Below the pieces are notes generated by a model. That model was not told where the DNA came from, did not search any database, and saw only the letters and a list, made by a program, of their open reading frames with translations. A stretch of DNA of 64,000 nt from contig JBFLYH010000001.1 in assembly GCA_040756875.1 (NCBI GenBank), positions 672,001 through 736,000 on the forward strand. Direction: 5' to 3'. Position 1 is the first letter of the stretch; each line of letters begins with the position of its first letter. This stretch comes from a candidate division FCPU426 bacterium. GTDB taxonomy: Bacteria; Oederibacteriota; JAAXVQ01; JAUVAV01. Position numbers and translations under genes: made by a program. Shown one piece after another: positions 1 through 9,554 of the stretch.

Positions 1-277
1 TGAGATCGACATGGCCTTTAGCGAAGCCTTGCATGGTTTTCATCATGCCCTGGCTGATCTGTTCCAGGCCGGCCAAGGGGCCGGGAATCAGCCAAAACAG
101 GAGCGCCAGCACGCTCGTGGACAAAACCGCGGTTACAACGGCGAAAAGGACGGGGACTTTCCACCACGTGGCGGCGAAGTAAAAATAGACGATAATTGCT
201 AGCAAAGAGCCGGCCAGGATGAGAAGCAGACGCCGGGAAATGCCACCGGGCAGAAGGTTTCGCAGCAGACTCGACAC
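1..277 (-). CDS. 5' part of a membrane sensor (two TM helices then a HAMP-like segment; MCP or kinase), runs off the window start
   Basis: Not in the ORF track. GTG at 277 preceded by GAGGTGG. Translates MSSLLRNLLPGGISRRLLLILAGSLLAIIVYFYFAATWWKVPVLFAVVTAVLSTSVLALLFWLIPGPLAGLEQISQGMMKTMQGFAKGHVDL with no stop. Confidence 0.6.
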   Translation of the reverse strand, partial: MSSLLRNLLPGGISRRLLLILAGSLLAIIVYFYFAATWWKVPVLFAVVTAVLSTSVLALLFWLIPGPLAGLEQISQGMMKTMQGFAKGHVDL

Positions 278-390
278 TCGACCACCTCACGACGATTTCA
301 GGATGTCGGGAACCGATATTTTCTAAAAATATTATCATTACCTGTTCAGGATTGCAATCACTTTGCGGCGGACGCACGAAGGAGAAAAAA

Positions 391-1527
391 GTGGGCATTC
401 ATTTCAGGATCGACGGCGTTGACGGAAAGGCGCGCGCCGGCGTGTTGACTTTGCCGGGCAACCGGAATGTCGAAACACCGGTGTTCATGCCGGTCGGGAC
501 CCAGGCGGTGGTGAAATCCCTGGATAGCCACGATTTGGAGGCTTTGCAGGTGCAGCTTCTGCTTGCCAATGCCTATCATTTGCACCTGCGCCCCGGGGCC
601 GAGACCATCGCCGCGGCCGGAGGGCTACACCGTTTTATGGGATGGCCCGGCGGCATCATCACCGATTCCGGGGGTTACCAGGTCTTTTCGCTGGCGGATT
701 TCCGCACCGTGGGCCAGGAGGGGGTTTCCTTTGTGTCCCACCTCGACGGGTCGAAGCACTTTTTTACCCCGGAAACCAACATGGAGTTGCAACATCAGTT
801 GGGCGCGGACATTATCATGGCTTTCGATGTCTGCGTCGCCTATCCGGCCGGCGGGGACGAGGTTCGGCGCGCCGTGGAATTGACGACGGACTGGGCCGGC
901 CGCTGTTTGGACCGGCACGCGCAGCTCGGCGGGGAGCAGGCGCTGTTCGGGATCGTGCAGGGAGGGGTCCTGAAAGAAGCGCGGACCGTATCGGCGCAAG
1001 CGCTCGTGGCAATGGATTTTCCCGGCTATGCCATCGGCGGACTGTCCGTGGGCGAAGGTCCGGAGCTCATGAATGAAATTTTGGACCATTTGCATCCGCT
1101 TTTGCCCGAAGGCAAACCCCGTTACCTGATGGGTGTGGGCACGCCGCTGGATCTGTGGGAGGCCGCGGCCCGGGGTGTGGACATGCTGGACTGCGCCATG
1201 CCCACGCGCATTGCCCGCAATGGCACGCTGTTTACCTCCCGCGGACGGCTGGTGATAAAAAACGCGGCCTATGCCCGGGACGAACGTCCGCCGGACCCGG
1301 ACTGCGCCTGCCCGTTGTGCCGGCGGCACAGCCGCGCTTATTTGCGTCACCTGTTCAATACGCAGGAGCTGACCGCCTTGAGACTTTCCACTTTACACAA
1401 TCTGACGTTCATGCTAAATTTGAGCCGATTTATAAGGAAAAACATCCTCTCCGGCACGTTTGAGTCCGCCCGCCAGGATTTCCTCTCCCAATATGGCCAG
1501 CTCAGCACCCCGGCCGGAGCGGTGTGA
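391..1527 (+). CDS. tgt: tRNA-guanine transglycosylase
   Basis: TPVFMPVGT, TDSGGYQ, FGIVQGG, PRYLMGVG, DCAMPTR and Zn site CACPLC. GTG at 391 after AGGAG. Confidence 0.97.
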   Translation: MGIHFRIDGVDGKARAGVLTLPGNRNVETPVFMPVGTQAVVKSLDSHDLEALQVQLLLANAYHLHLRPGAETIAAAGGLHRFMGWPGGIITDSGGYQVFSLADFRTVGQEGVSFVSHLDGSKHFFTPETNMELQHQLGADIIMAFDVCVAYPAGGDEVRRAVELTTDWAGRCLDRHAQLGGEQALFGIVQGGVLKEARTVSAQALVAMDFPGYAIGGLSVGEGPELMNEILDHLHPLLPEGKPRYLMGVGTPLDLWEAAARGVDMLDCAMPTRIARNGTLFTSRGRLVIKNAAYARDERPPDPDCACPLCRRHSRAYLRHLFNTQELTALRLSTLHNLTFMLNLSRFIRKNILSGTFESARQDFLSQYGQLSTPAGAV

Positions 1528-1558
1528 AGTCATCTCACTTCAAGGAGGATCGTGTTAC

Positions 1559-1942
1559 ATGAATGACATTTGGATGATGGCTATGGGAAATATGGCGCCT
1601 TCCGGATCTGCCGGCTCAGGGGCTGCCGCCGACCCGGCAGCGGGATTCATGTCCTTGCTGCCCCTGCTGTTGATCTTCGTGCTTTTCTACGTTCTTTTCA
1701 TCGTTCCGCAGCGCCGGCAGCAAAAGAAGCACGACGAACTGATCAAAACCCTGCGCAAGGGCGACGAAGTGGTCACCTCGGGCGGCATGTTCGGGACAGT
1801 CGCGGGTTTCAACGAGCGCGAAAACACGGTTTACCTGAAAATGGGCGAAAACGTGAAGATCGAGATTCAACGCCAGTCCATTTCCGGATTGAGAAAAACC
1901 GCGGCGCCCGAGTCCAAAACCGACGTTCCGGCGCCTAAATAA
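1559..1942 (+). CDS. yajC: preprotein translocase subunit YajC
   Basis: One TM helix then PQRRQQKKH..LRKGDEVVTSGGMFG. Follows tgt; RBS AAGGAGG. Confidence 0.95.
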   Translation: MNDIWMMAMGNMAPSGSAGSGAAADPAAGFMSLLPLLLIFVLFYVLFIVPQRRQQKKHDELIKTLRKGDEVVTSGGMFGTVAGFNERENTVYLKMGENVKIEIQRQSISGLRKTAAPESKTDVPAPK

Positions 1943-2030
1943 ATTGCCTTGCAGCAAGCTGCAGGGCATCCGGATATCAAAGGGTTTGATCCGGCCCGGG
2001 CGGCTGGGAAGACCCGCCTGCGAGCGACGC

Positions 2031-3674
2031 ATGAAGCTTAAAGCAGTCACCCTGATTCTTTTCGGTTTGCTGAACGCGTCCGCGGCCTGGCCTGACGCCG
2101 GGCCGGCGCCTTCTGTCTCGGAAGAAGGCCAGTTTCTAAAGCTGGTTGAATTCTATTATGCCCGTCCCCAGCCCCGGTCCCTGCCCGGGGCTCTGAAATA
2201 TTTCGTGGAAAAATACAGCCGCCTGCAACCAGCCGAAGGCGATGACGAACTATTGCGGATGGCCGCGTTCGCCAGGTTTTTCGCCGTGCTGGGCGAACGC
2301 CACTCTGAAATCTGGCGCCATGCGGAGTTGTTGTTCAACCAGGCGAGTTGGCCAAAGCGGCAGGCGCTGTTGGAAATCTTCAGCCGCAACCAGGATGAGT
2401 CTTTGCGGAACAGCCTGAAAGGCTGGGCGGCGGCCGAGGAGGATCCGGACCGGCGAATCTTGCTGGAACGCTGTTTGCTCGCCCAAAAGCCGGTGCTGGA
2501 CGTGATGGACGCCCCGCCGGAAAATCTGACGCGCCTGGCCGAACAATGGGCGTGCTTTTTCGCGGTCGGCGACGTGCGCGTCATCGAACTCAGCCTGGCT
2601 GTGCTGGCCGCGCCTGCCGCCGAGGGGGGCGCCGATCTGCGCGCGCAGCGGCTCCGCGAAACCGCGCTGCAGATGCTGCTGCAGCAGGCCCGGGTGCATG
2701 CCTTGGTCCGCGAAAGCCTGGCCAAAACGCTCGCGACGTCGGAAAACGAAGCGCTGCTGCCCTTGCGCCAATCCCTGGCCTGCCAAGCGCTGCAAGCAGG
2801 GGACGCCGGCGCGTTCGACCAGTGGCTGCCCGCTGCCTGGATCAGCCGTCTGCCTGCCGAGCAGCGGGCGTTCTTCGAGGCCTGCTCCGAAGTCCTGAGG
2901 TCCCGCTCGCAGGCAGTGCCCGGCAAGGTCGCGGCCCTGGCCGCTGTGAACCGCGTCCAGGCCGAATGGCTGAAAGCCCACCATGCGTACCTGCGTTTGC
3001 GCGAGGGAGAAGCAGCGGGACGGACTCAACCGCTGGCCGGCCAGGGGCGGGAACTGTTGCTTAAAGCCAAAAACCGCCTGCTGCAGGATCCGGAAACCGC
3101 TTTCTATACCCTGTGGTCGCTGGAAACCGATCCGCCCCAGGCGCGCGCCGAGTCGTTTTACCACCTGCAGGTGGCTGCCCGGGCCGGCCAGGACCGGCGC
3201 TGGCTGGCGCTCATCCGCCTGCTGCCCCAGGAGGCGCAGGCCGATGTGGACGGGAAGATGTTCCGCTGGACCGACCGCCATCCGCAATGGATTCCTGTGG
3301 AAAGCGGATTTTTAGACGCCCGCATCCGTCAGGCGGTCCAAACCGAGGACCTGGCGCAATTTCTGGACCGCTTTTCCCCCCAGAATCTGGCCAAATTCAG
3401 TCAGAGCGGGAGCCAGCCGTTGATCCGCGCTTCATACGAACCTGTTCCCGATGCCGAGCTCTGGAACAACGTCTTGGAGCCGCTTTTCCCCGGCCAGCGC
3501 CATACGCTTTCCCGTTTGCTCGTGGATGTGGACGCCTCCACCCAGCAGCCCGTAAGGGTTCAGGCCGAAGTCGTCGTCCAGGTGGACGGGCGGATCGTGG
3601 CCCGGGGTGAGGTCGAACAAATTTTTTACGACCCAGGGCCGGATTCGCTCGCCTGGCTGGAGGCACTGCGTTGA
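2031..3674 (+). CDS. hypothetical exported protein, mostly alpha-helical
   Basis: Long ORF with signal peptide MKLKAVTLILFGLLNASAA; stop overlaps the miaB start. Confidence 0.7.
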   Translation: MKLKAVTLILFGLLNASAAWPDAGPAPSVSEEGQFLKLVEFYYARPQPRSLPGALKYFVEKYSRLQPAEGDDELLRMAAFARFFAVLGERHSEIWRHAELLFNQASWPKRQALLEIFSRNQDESLRNSLKGWAAAEEDPDRRILLERCLLAQKPVLDVMDAPPENLTRLAEQWACFFAVGDVRVIELSLAVLAAPAAEGGADLRAQRLRETALQMLLQQARVHALVRESLAKTLATSENEALLPLRQSLACQALQAGDAGAFDQWLPAAWISRLPAEQRAFFEACSEVLRSRSQAVPGKVAALAAVNRVQAEWLKAHHAYLRLREGEAAGRTQPLAGQGRELLLKAKNRLLQDPETAFYTLWSLETDPPQARAESFYHLQVAARAGQDRRWLALIRLLPQEAQADVDGKMFRWTDRHPQWIPVESGFLDARIRQAVQTEDLAQFLDRFSPQNLAKFSQSGSQPLIRASYEPVPDAELWNNVLEPLFPGQRHTLSRLLVDVDASTQQPVRVQAEVVVQVDGRIVARGEVEQIFYDPGPDSLAWLEALR

Positions 3675-5002
3675 TCACCGGCACGTTCTACCTGCATACC
3701 CTCGGCTGCCAAATGAACGAATACGACAGCGAACGCGTGGCTGGCGCGCTCATGGCCGAAGGCTGGCAGGCGGCCGGGCAGCCCGAAGAGGCGGATCTTT
3801 TGCTGATCAATACCTGCACCGTGCGCCAGCTGGCCGAACACAAGGCCTTTTCGCTGCTTGGCCGCTGGGCGCAGTTGAAAGCCCGGAAGCCCGGGCGGCT
3901 GATCGGAATGCTGGGTTGTCTGGCGCAGGACCTGGGCCCGGACGCTTTCCGGCGCGCGCCAGCCCTTGATTTTCTGGCCGGTCCGCGGGCCCTGGCCGAA
4001 GTGCCGCTGCTGGTGGAACGCGCGCGCCAGGGAGCGAGGCCGGCCGAACTGTCGGTGCGGCCTTTTGGCCGGGGAATTACAATGGCACCGGACGCCCCGC
4101 ACGTGTCGGCTTACGTGGCGGTCATGGAAGGGTGCGACCAAGGTTGCGCCTATTGCGCGGTGCCCCAGGCGCGCGGACGGGAACAATCGCGCCCGCTGGA
4201 CGACGTTCTGGCCGAAGTCAGGCGGCGTCTGGACGGCGGAGCCAGGGAAATCGTGCTCCTGGCCCAGAACATCACCCGTTACGGGTTTGATCTCGCTTCG
4301 GACGAGAAGTTGCCCGTGCTCCTGGCCCGTGTCGCGGAGATGCCGGGCTTGAGCCGGCTGCGCTTTTTAACCGGCCATCCCGCGGCCTTTGACGATCGGC
4401 TGCTGCGGGCATGGCAGGACCTGCCGGCTTTGTGCGAGGCCCTGCACCTGCCGCTGCAATCTGGTTCCGACAGCGTGCTGCGCGACATGCGCCGCGGTTA
4501 TACGGCCGGGTATTACCTGCGCCTGGCCGAGCGCCTGCATGCCGCAGTGCCGGGGTTGGCGCTGACCACGGATCTGATCGTGGGATTTCCGGGCGAAACT
4601 GACGCTGATTTCCAGGCCACCCTCGACATGGCAGAGCGCTGCGGCTTTGATTCAGCTTTCTGCTTCAAATATTCGCCGCGCCGGCAAACCCCGGCCGCGG
4701 CGTATCCCGACCAGGTCCCGGAAAGCGTCAAAACCGAACGCCTGGCCGAACTCATGCAGCGGCTTGAGGTCCAAACCCTCGCCAAAAAAGCGGCCCTGGT
4801 GGGCAGGCGCGAACGCGTGCTGTTCGAGGGCCTGGACGCGCGTTCCGGGCAGTATCTGCGGGGACGGACGCGGCGCAACCACCTGGTGCACGTCGCCGGA
4901 CCCGTAGCATGGGTCGGCCGCGAGCTGGAAGTGGACATTACCGCGGCCGGACACTGGTCCCTGAGCGGCCAGGCTGTCACGCCCGGGGAGGGCGGCGCAT
5001 GA
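3671..5002 (+). CDS. miaB: tRNA-2-methylthio-N6-dimethylallyladenosine synthase
   Basis: TLGCQMNEYDSE, NTCTVR, radical SAM CDQGCAYC, HLPLQSGSD, DLIVGFPGET and C-terminal TRAM domain. Confidence 0.96.
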   Translation: MITGTFYLHTLGCQMNEYDSERVAGALMAEGWQAAGQPEEADLLLINTCTVRQLAEHKAFSLLGRWAQLKARKPGRLIGMLGCLAQDLGPDAFRRAPALDFLAGPRALAEVPLLVERARQGARPAELSVRPFGRGITMAPDAPHVSAYVAVMEGCDQGCAYCAVPQARGREQSRPLDDVLAEVRRRLDGGAREIVLLAQNITRYGFDLASDEKLPVLLARVAEMPGLSRLRFLTGHPAAFDDRLLRAWQDLPALCEALHLPLQSGSDSVLRDMRRGYTAGYYLRLAERLHAAVPGLALTTDLIVGFPGETDADFQATLDMAERCGFDSAFCFKYSPRRQTPAAAYPDQVPESVKTERLAELMQRLEVQTLAKKAALVGRRERVLFEGLDARSGQYLRGRTRRNHLVHVAGPVAWVGRELEVDITAAGHWSLSGQAVTPGEGGA

Positions 5003-6048
5003 AGCGGGTCACGGCATATCTCCGGGCGGCTGCCGGCGTTTTTTTCATTCTCGGAATTACCGCTGCGGCGCGGGCTGCGGACAACGAGGAAGCGGCTTAC
5101 CGCGAAGCCGCAGTCTGGTTCAACCAGGGCGACTGGGCCAAGGCCCGCGACGCCTTCACGCGATTTCTCGAGCAATATCCCAAGTCCGGCTGGCAACCGG
5201 CCGTCCAGCTGCGCCTGGCGGATTTGGAGCCGGACACCCCAAAAGCCGTGGAACAGTACCGCCAGGTGCTGCGCCAATGGCCCAAAAGCGAATGGGCCCA
5301 GGACGCGCGCTGGGCCCTGGCGCAAACGCTGTTCGTGGGTGGCGATTTAAAAGCCGCGCTGGCGGAACTGAATTCCATCGGCCCGGAAAGCGGCGGGCGC
5401 CATCCGCACGCCCTGTACCTGGCCGGCCTGTGCCAGCTGCAAAACCGGCAGTACGCGGAAGCCAAGTCCTCCTTCGACGACGTGCTTTCCCAGTATGCCG
5501 CCTCGGAATGGGCCGGCCCGAGTTTGGTGGGGCTGGCTGAAGCCGAATTGGGGATGAACAACGCGCAGGCCGCGCTCAACGCCCTGGACCGGTATCTCCA
5601 GGAAAACCCCCAGGGCGATTTTGCGGCGCAGGCCCTGGCAGCCAAAGCCCGGGCCGCAGAACGCCAGGGCGGCCCGCAGGCTGCCACCGGCATCCTTCAG
5701 GACCTGATGGCGCGTTATGCGGAAAGCTACGAGGCTGAACAGGCCCGCCCGCGCTTGGCCGCCGGCGCGAATGCTCCGGCCCCGGCAACCGGGGAAACCG
5801 GCAAGTACACGGTCCAGGTCGGGGCCTTTGCCAAAGCCGACTACGCCCAAAAACTGGTGGAACGCCTGCGCAAGAAAGGCTACAACGCCTATATCCTGGA
5901 AACCCGCCAGGGGGAGGAAGTGTTCAGCCAGGTGCGCGTCGGCCACTACGCCTCCCGGGAATTTGCTCAAAAGATCGGGGACAAACTGTCCCGCAGCGAC
6001 AAGCTGCCGTATCTGGTCATTCCCTATACGCCCGTGGAAAAGAAGTAG
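4999..6048 (+). CDS. exported TPR (CpoB/BamD-like) protein with C-terminal SPOR domain
   Basis: Signal peptide, repeated F..QYPKS/SEWA TPR units, SPOR motif YTVQVGAF...RVGHY. Confidence 0.85.
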   Translation: MKRVTAYLRAAAGVFFILGITAAARAADNEEAAYREAAVWFNQGDWAKARDAFTRFLEQYPKSGWQPAVQLRLADLEPDTPKAVEQYRQVLRQWPKSEWAQDARWALAQTLFVGGDLKAALAELNSIGPESGGRHPHALYLAGLCQLQNRQYAEAKSSFDDVLSQYAASEWAGPSLVGLAEAELGMNNAQAALNALDRYLQENPQGDFAAQALAAKARAAERQGGPQAATGILQDLMARYAESYEAEQARPRLAAGANAPAPATGETGKYTVQVGAFAKADYAQKLVERLRKKGYNAYILETRQGEEVFSQVRVGHYASREFAQKIGDKLSRSDKLPYLVIPYTPVEKK

Positions 6049-6058
6049 CCAGGATCCC

Positions 6059-8293
6059 ATGACCCCTCCTGCCAACCGTTCCGTACCGCCCCAGGAAACC
6101 AGAACTGAAAAAGCCACTCCCATGATGCAGCAATACCAGCGGATCAAGGACGAGCATCCCGAGGCGCTGCTGGAACTGGGGCGGCTGCAGCCCGCGGAAA
6201 TCCTGCTGCCCGACGACTGGGCGCCTGACCGCAAGGGCAGGCTGGCCGCGGCGGCGGGGGCCGTGCTGACCGACCTTCCGGGGTTCCGCTTCGACGAGGA
6301 TGCGGGTCGCAGCCAGCTGCTGGAATTTTTCCGCCTGGATTCCCTCGAGGGGTCCGGCCTGGCCGCGTACGGTCCGGGACTGGGCGCCTCGGCCGCGGCC
6401 CTGTTCTACCTGGCCGAGACCCAGCGGAGCAGCCTCAGCCATATCCACCGCCTGTCTCCGTACACACTTTCCACGCACATGCGCCTGGATGAGGCCACGA
6501 TCCGGAATCTGGAGCTGGTGCGCAGCCTCAGCGACGGTTCGCGGCGGAACACGTTGCTGGATGTTTTGGATTGCAGCCGCACTTCCATGGGCGCGCGCAA
6601 ATTGCGGCAATGGGTGCTGCGGCCGCTGCTGGACCTGGGCCAGATCCGCGCCCGGCAGGCCGCGGTGGCCGAACTGGCCGAGCCCGGCAGCCGGCGGCAG
6701 GCCCTGACCGACCTGCTGGACCGCACGTACGACCTGGAGCGCCTGGCCGGGCGCGTGGGCGCGCAATCCGCCACCCCCCGCGATTTATCGGCCCTGGCCG
6801 CCACGCTTCGCCTGCTGCCCGAACTCAAGCAGGCGCTCGGCCATTTTTCTTCCGGGCTGCTGGCCGGTTCCGCGCGGACCCTGCCGGAGTGCGCCTCCAC
6901 GGCGGAGTTGTTGAGCCGGGCGCTGGTGGATCAGCCGCCGGTCACCCACAAAGAAGGCGGCGTGATCCGGGCCGGGTACCATGCGGAGGTGGACGAACTC
7001 CGCGACCTCAGCCATTCGGGCCGCAACACCATCGCGTCGCTGCAGGCGCGCGAGAGGGAGCAGACCGGAATCTCCAGCCTGAAAGTGGAGTACAATCAGG
7101 TGTTCGGGTATTACTTCGAGGTCACCAAGGCCAACGCCAAGCTGGTGCCCGAGCACTACCAGCGCAAGCAAACCCTGGTCAACTCCGAACGCTACACCAC
7201 GCCCGAGCTCCTGGAATACGAACGCAAGGTCTTGGGCGCCCAGGACCGCCTGATGGCTCTGGAGGAGGAGCTGTTTCTCGAGCTGCGCCGGAAAGTCAGC
7301 GGGCAGCTGCTCGAAATCCAGCAGGCCGCGGCCGAGGTGGCGCAGCTGGACGCGCTGCTGTCGCTGGCCGAGGCCGCGCTGCGGTACCAATACCAGCGCC
7401 CTGTGGTGGACGACGGCCCGGTGCTGGAGATCCAGGACGGCCGGCACCCGGTGGTGGAGCGGCTGACGCCGGACAAGTTCGTCCCCAACAGCGTGCTGCT
7501 CGACAAGGAGCAAAACAAAGTCCTGATCATCACCGGCCCCAACATGGCCGGCAAATCAACCTACCTGCGGCAGACCGCTTTGATCGTCATCATGGCGCAG
7601 ATCGGCAGCCTGGTGCCCGCGGGTTCGGCCCGCATCGGGCTGGTGGACCGGGTCTTCACCCGAGTCGGCGCGGCGGACAACCTGGCCCAGGGGCAAAGCA
7701 CCTTCATGGTGGAAATGACCGAAACCGCCAATATCCTCCGCCACGCCACCCCGCGCTCCCTGGTCATCCTGGACGAGGTGGGGCGGGGCACCAGCACTTT
7801 CGACGGCGTGTCCATTGCCTGGGCCGTGGCCGAGTATCTGCACGACCGCGCGGACGCCAAAACCCTCTTTGCCACCCACTACTACGAGCTGACCGAACTG
7901 GCCCTGTCCAAGCCGCAGGTGAAAAATTTCAACATCGCGGTCAGGGAATGGAAGGACCAGATTATCTTCCTGCGCAAAATCGTGGCCGGCAGCGCGGACC
8001 GCTCCTACGGCATCCAGGTCGCCCGGTTGGCCGGGCTGCCCAACGAAGTGATCAGCCGGGCCCAGGAAGTGCTTTTGAACCTGGAGAAGGCCAACTACAC
8101 CGAGGCAGGCTCCTCGCGCCTGGCTGAACACGCGGGCGAGTCCCAGGCCGCAGGCGCGGGGCAAATGGGCCTGTTCGAGGACGCTCCGGCCCGGGAATTG
8201 GCGCGCTGGTTCGCGGACCTGGACCCGGAGCGCATGACCCCGCTCGAGGCGCTCAACGCCCTGTCCGCGCTCAAACGCAAATTGGAACCCTGA
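6059..8293 (+). CDS. mutS: DNA mismatch repair protein MutS with an internal in-frame deletion of most of domain I and part of domain II
   Basis: TPMMQQY, TGPNMAGKSTY, STFMVEM, DEVGRGTST, FATHYYEL, SYGIQVA. GDFYE motif absent; 744 aa. Confidence 0.95.
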   Translation: MTPPANRSVPPQETRTEKATPMMQQYQRIKDEHPEALLELGRLQPAEILLPDDWAPDRKGRLAAAAGAVLTDLPGFRFDEDAGRSQLLEFFRLDSLEGSGLAAYGPGLGASAAALFYLAETQRSSLSHIHRLSPYTLSTHMRLDEATIRNLELVRSLSDGSRRNTLLDVLDCSRTSMGARKLRQWVLRPLLDLGQIRARQAAVAELAEPGSRRQALTDLLDRTYDLERLAGRVGAQSATPRDLSALAATLRLLPELKQALGHFSSGLLAGSARTLPECASTAELLSRALVDQPPVTHKEGGVIRAGYHAEVDELRDLSHSGRNTIASLQAREREQTGISSLKVEYNQVFGYYFEVTKANAKLVPEHYQRKQTLVNSERYTTPELLEYERKVLGAQDRLMALEEELFLELRRKVSGQLLEIQQAAAEVAQLDALLSLAEAALRYQYQRPVVDDGPVLEIQDGRHPVVERLTPDKFVPNSVLLDKEQNKVLIITGPNMAGKSTYLRQTALIVIMAQIGSLVPAGSARIGLVDRVFTRVGAADNLAQGQSTFMVEMTETANILRHATPRSLVILDEVGRGTSTFDGVSIAWAVAEYLHDRADAKTLFATHYYELTELALSKPQVKNFNIAVREWKDQIIFLRKIVAGSADRSYGIQVARLAGLPNEVISRAQEVLLNLEKANYTEAGSSRLAEHAGESQAAGAGQMGLFEDAPARELARWFADLDPERMTPLEALNALSALKRKLEP

Positions 8294-8297
8294 CCGC

Positions 8298-9554
8298 ATG
8301 AACAAATGGTCCGGCCTGCTGGGGCGCTTCGGCGCTTACGGTTTTTTCAAGGAACTGGTCTTTTTCGAACCCTTCCTGATCCTGTTCCTGCGCGGGCAAG
8401 GGCTTTCGTTTTTCGCCATCGGCGTCCTGATCGCAACGCGCGAACTGACGACCACGCTGGCCGAGATCCCCACGGGCGTGGCCGCGGATTTGTGGGGGCG
8501 CCGCCGGGCGCTCGTGGCCTCCTTTGCCAGCTTCATCCTCAGCTTCCTGTTTTTCTATTTCAGCCGTTCGTTCGCCGGTTTTTTCCTGGCCATGATGTGG
8601 TTCGGGCTGGGCGAAGCCTACCGTTCAGGCACGCATAAAGCCATGATCCTGGAATATTTGGACCTGCGCCCCGGGGAGGGCCTCAAGGCGGTCACGGCAT
8701 TTGCCTTTGTGCGGGCCTGGTCGCAGATCGGCGCTGCGCTGTCCGCCGTGCTGGCCGCGGCCTTCGTTTTTTGGCAGAGCAACTACCGCGTGGTGTTTCT
8801 GGCCAGCGTCTGGCCGTACATTTTCGGGGGCCTGCTGGTGATGACCTATCCGCGGGAACTGGACGGAGAGCGCGCCCGGAAGGGGACCTGGAAAGCCTGG
8901 TGGCAGTTCACGGTTGATTCCACGCGGCATTTCTTCGAACAGCCCGCGCTGCGGCTGGGGCTCATCAACAGCGCGCTGGACAAAACCCTCTACAAAACCA
9001 GCAAGGATTACCTGCAACCCGTGATCGCGGCCAGCGCCCTGGGGCTGCTGCCGTTTTTACCCGGGCTCCTGCCCCGGGCGACCGTGCCGCAGGTCGTGGC
9101 CGTGGCCGCGGCTGTCATTTACCTGGGGCTGTATCTCGGCAGCGCCCTGGCTTCGAGCCTGAGCGGAAAAATGGAAGCTTTTCTCGGCGGGGAACCTCGG
9201 GCGCTCAACCGCACGTATTTCGGCTATCTGGCGGCGTTTCTTACGGCCCTGCTGGCCCTGCCCGCGGGATGGTGGTGGGCCGTGGTGGCCGCTTTCTGGG
9301 CGATCAGCGCGCTCCAGAATGCGCGCCGCCCCATGATCCTTTCCTATCTGGGCCTGTATATGGAGCGGAGCGAACGCGCGACCATGCTGTCCGTGGAAAC
9401 CGTGATCCAAACCCTGATGACCATGGTCCTGGCGCCTGTCATCGGCGCGCTGGTGGACGCCTTCGGGCTTGGCGCCGTGTTTGCGGCGGGAGTGGCGGTT
9501 TTCGGCCTCGCGGGCTGGGTGGTGCGGCTGCGGGCTGAGGGGCCTAGAGTTTAG
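8298..9554 (+). CDS. MFS transporter
   Basis: About 12 hydrophobic segments; EIPTGVAADLWGRRR motif A. Confidence 0.9.
   Translation: MNKWSGLLGRFGAYGFFKELVFFEPFLILFLRGQGLSFFAIGVLIATRELTTTLAEIPTGVAADLWGRRRALVASFASFILSFLFFYFSRSFAGFFLAMMWFGLGEAYRSGTHKAMILEYLDLRPGEGLKAVTAFAFVRAWSQIGAALSAVLAAAFVFWQSNYRVVFLASVWPYIFGGLLVMTYPRELDGERARKGTWKAWWQFTVDSTRHFFEQPALRLGLINSALDKTLYKTSKDYLQPVIAASALGLLPFLPGLLPRATVPQVVAVAAAVIYLGLYLGSALASSLSGKMEAFLGGEPRALNRTYFGYLAAFLTALLALPAGWWWAVVAAFWAISALQNARRPMILSYLGLYMERSERATMLSVETVIQTLMTMVLAPVIGALVDAFGLGAVFAAGVAVFGLAGWVVRLRAEGPRV

Noticed and set aside
5717-6058. Upstream ORF extension as the missing MutS domain
   Set aside because: It overlaps the SPOR gene in another frame, has no MutS motifs, and lies before TPMMQQY, whereas the missing part lies after it.
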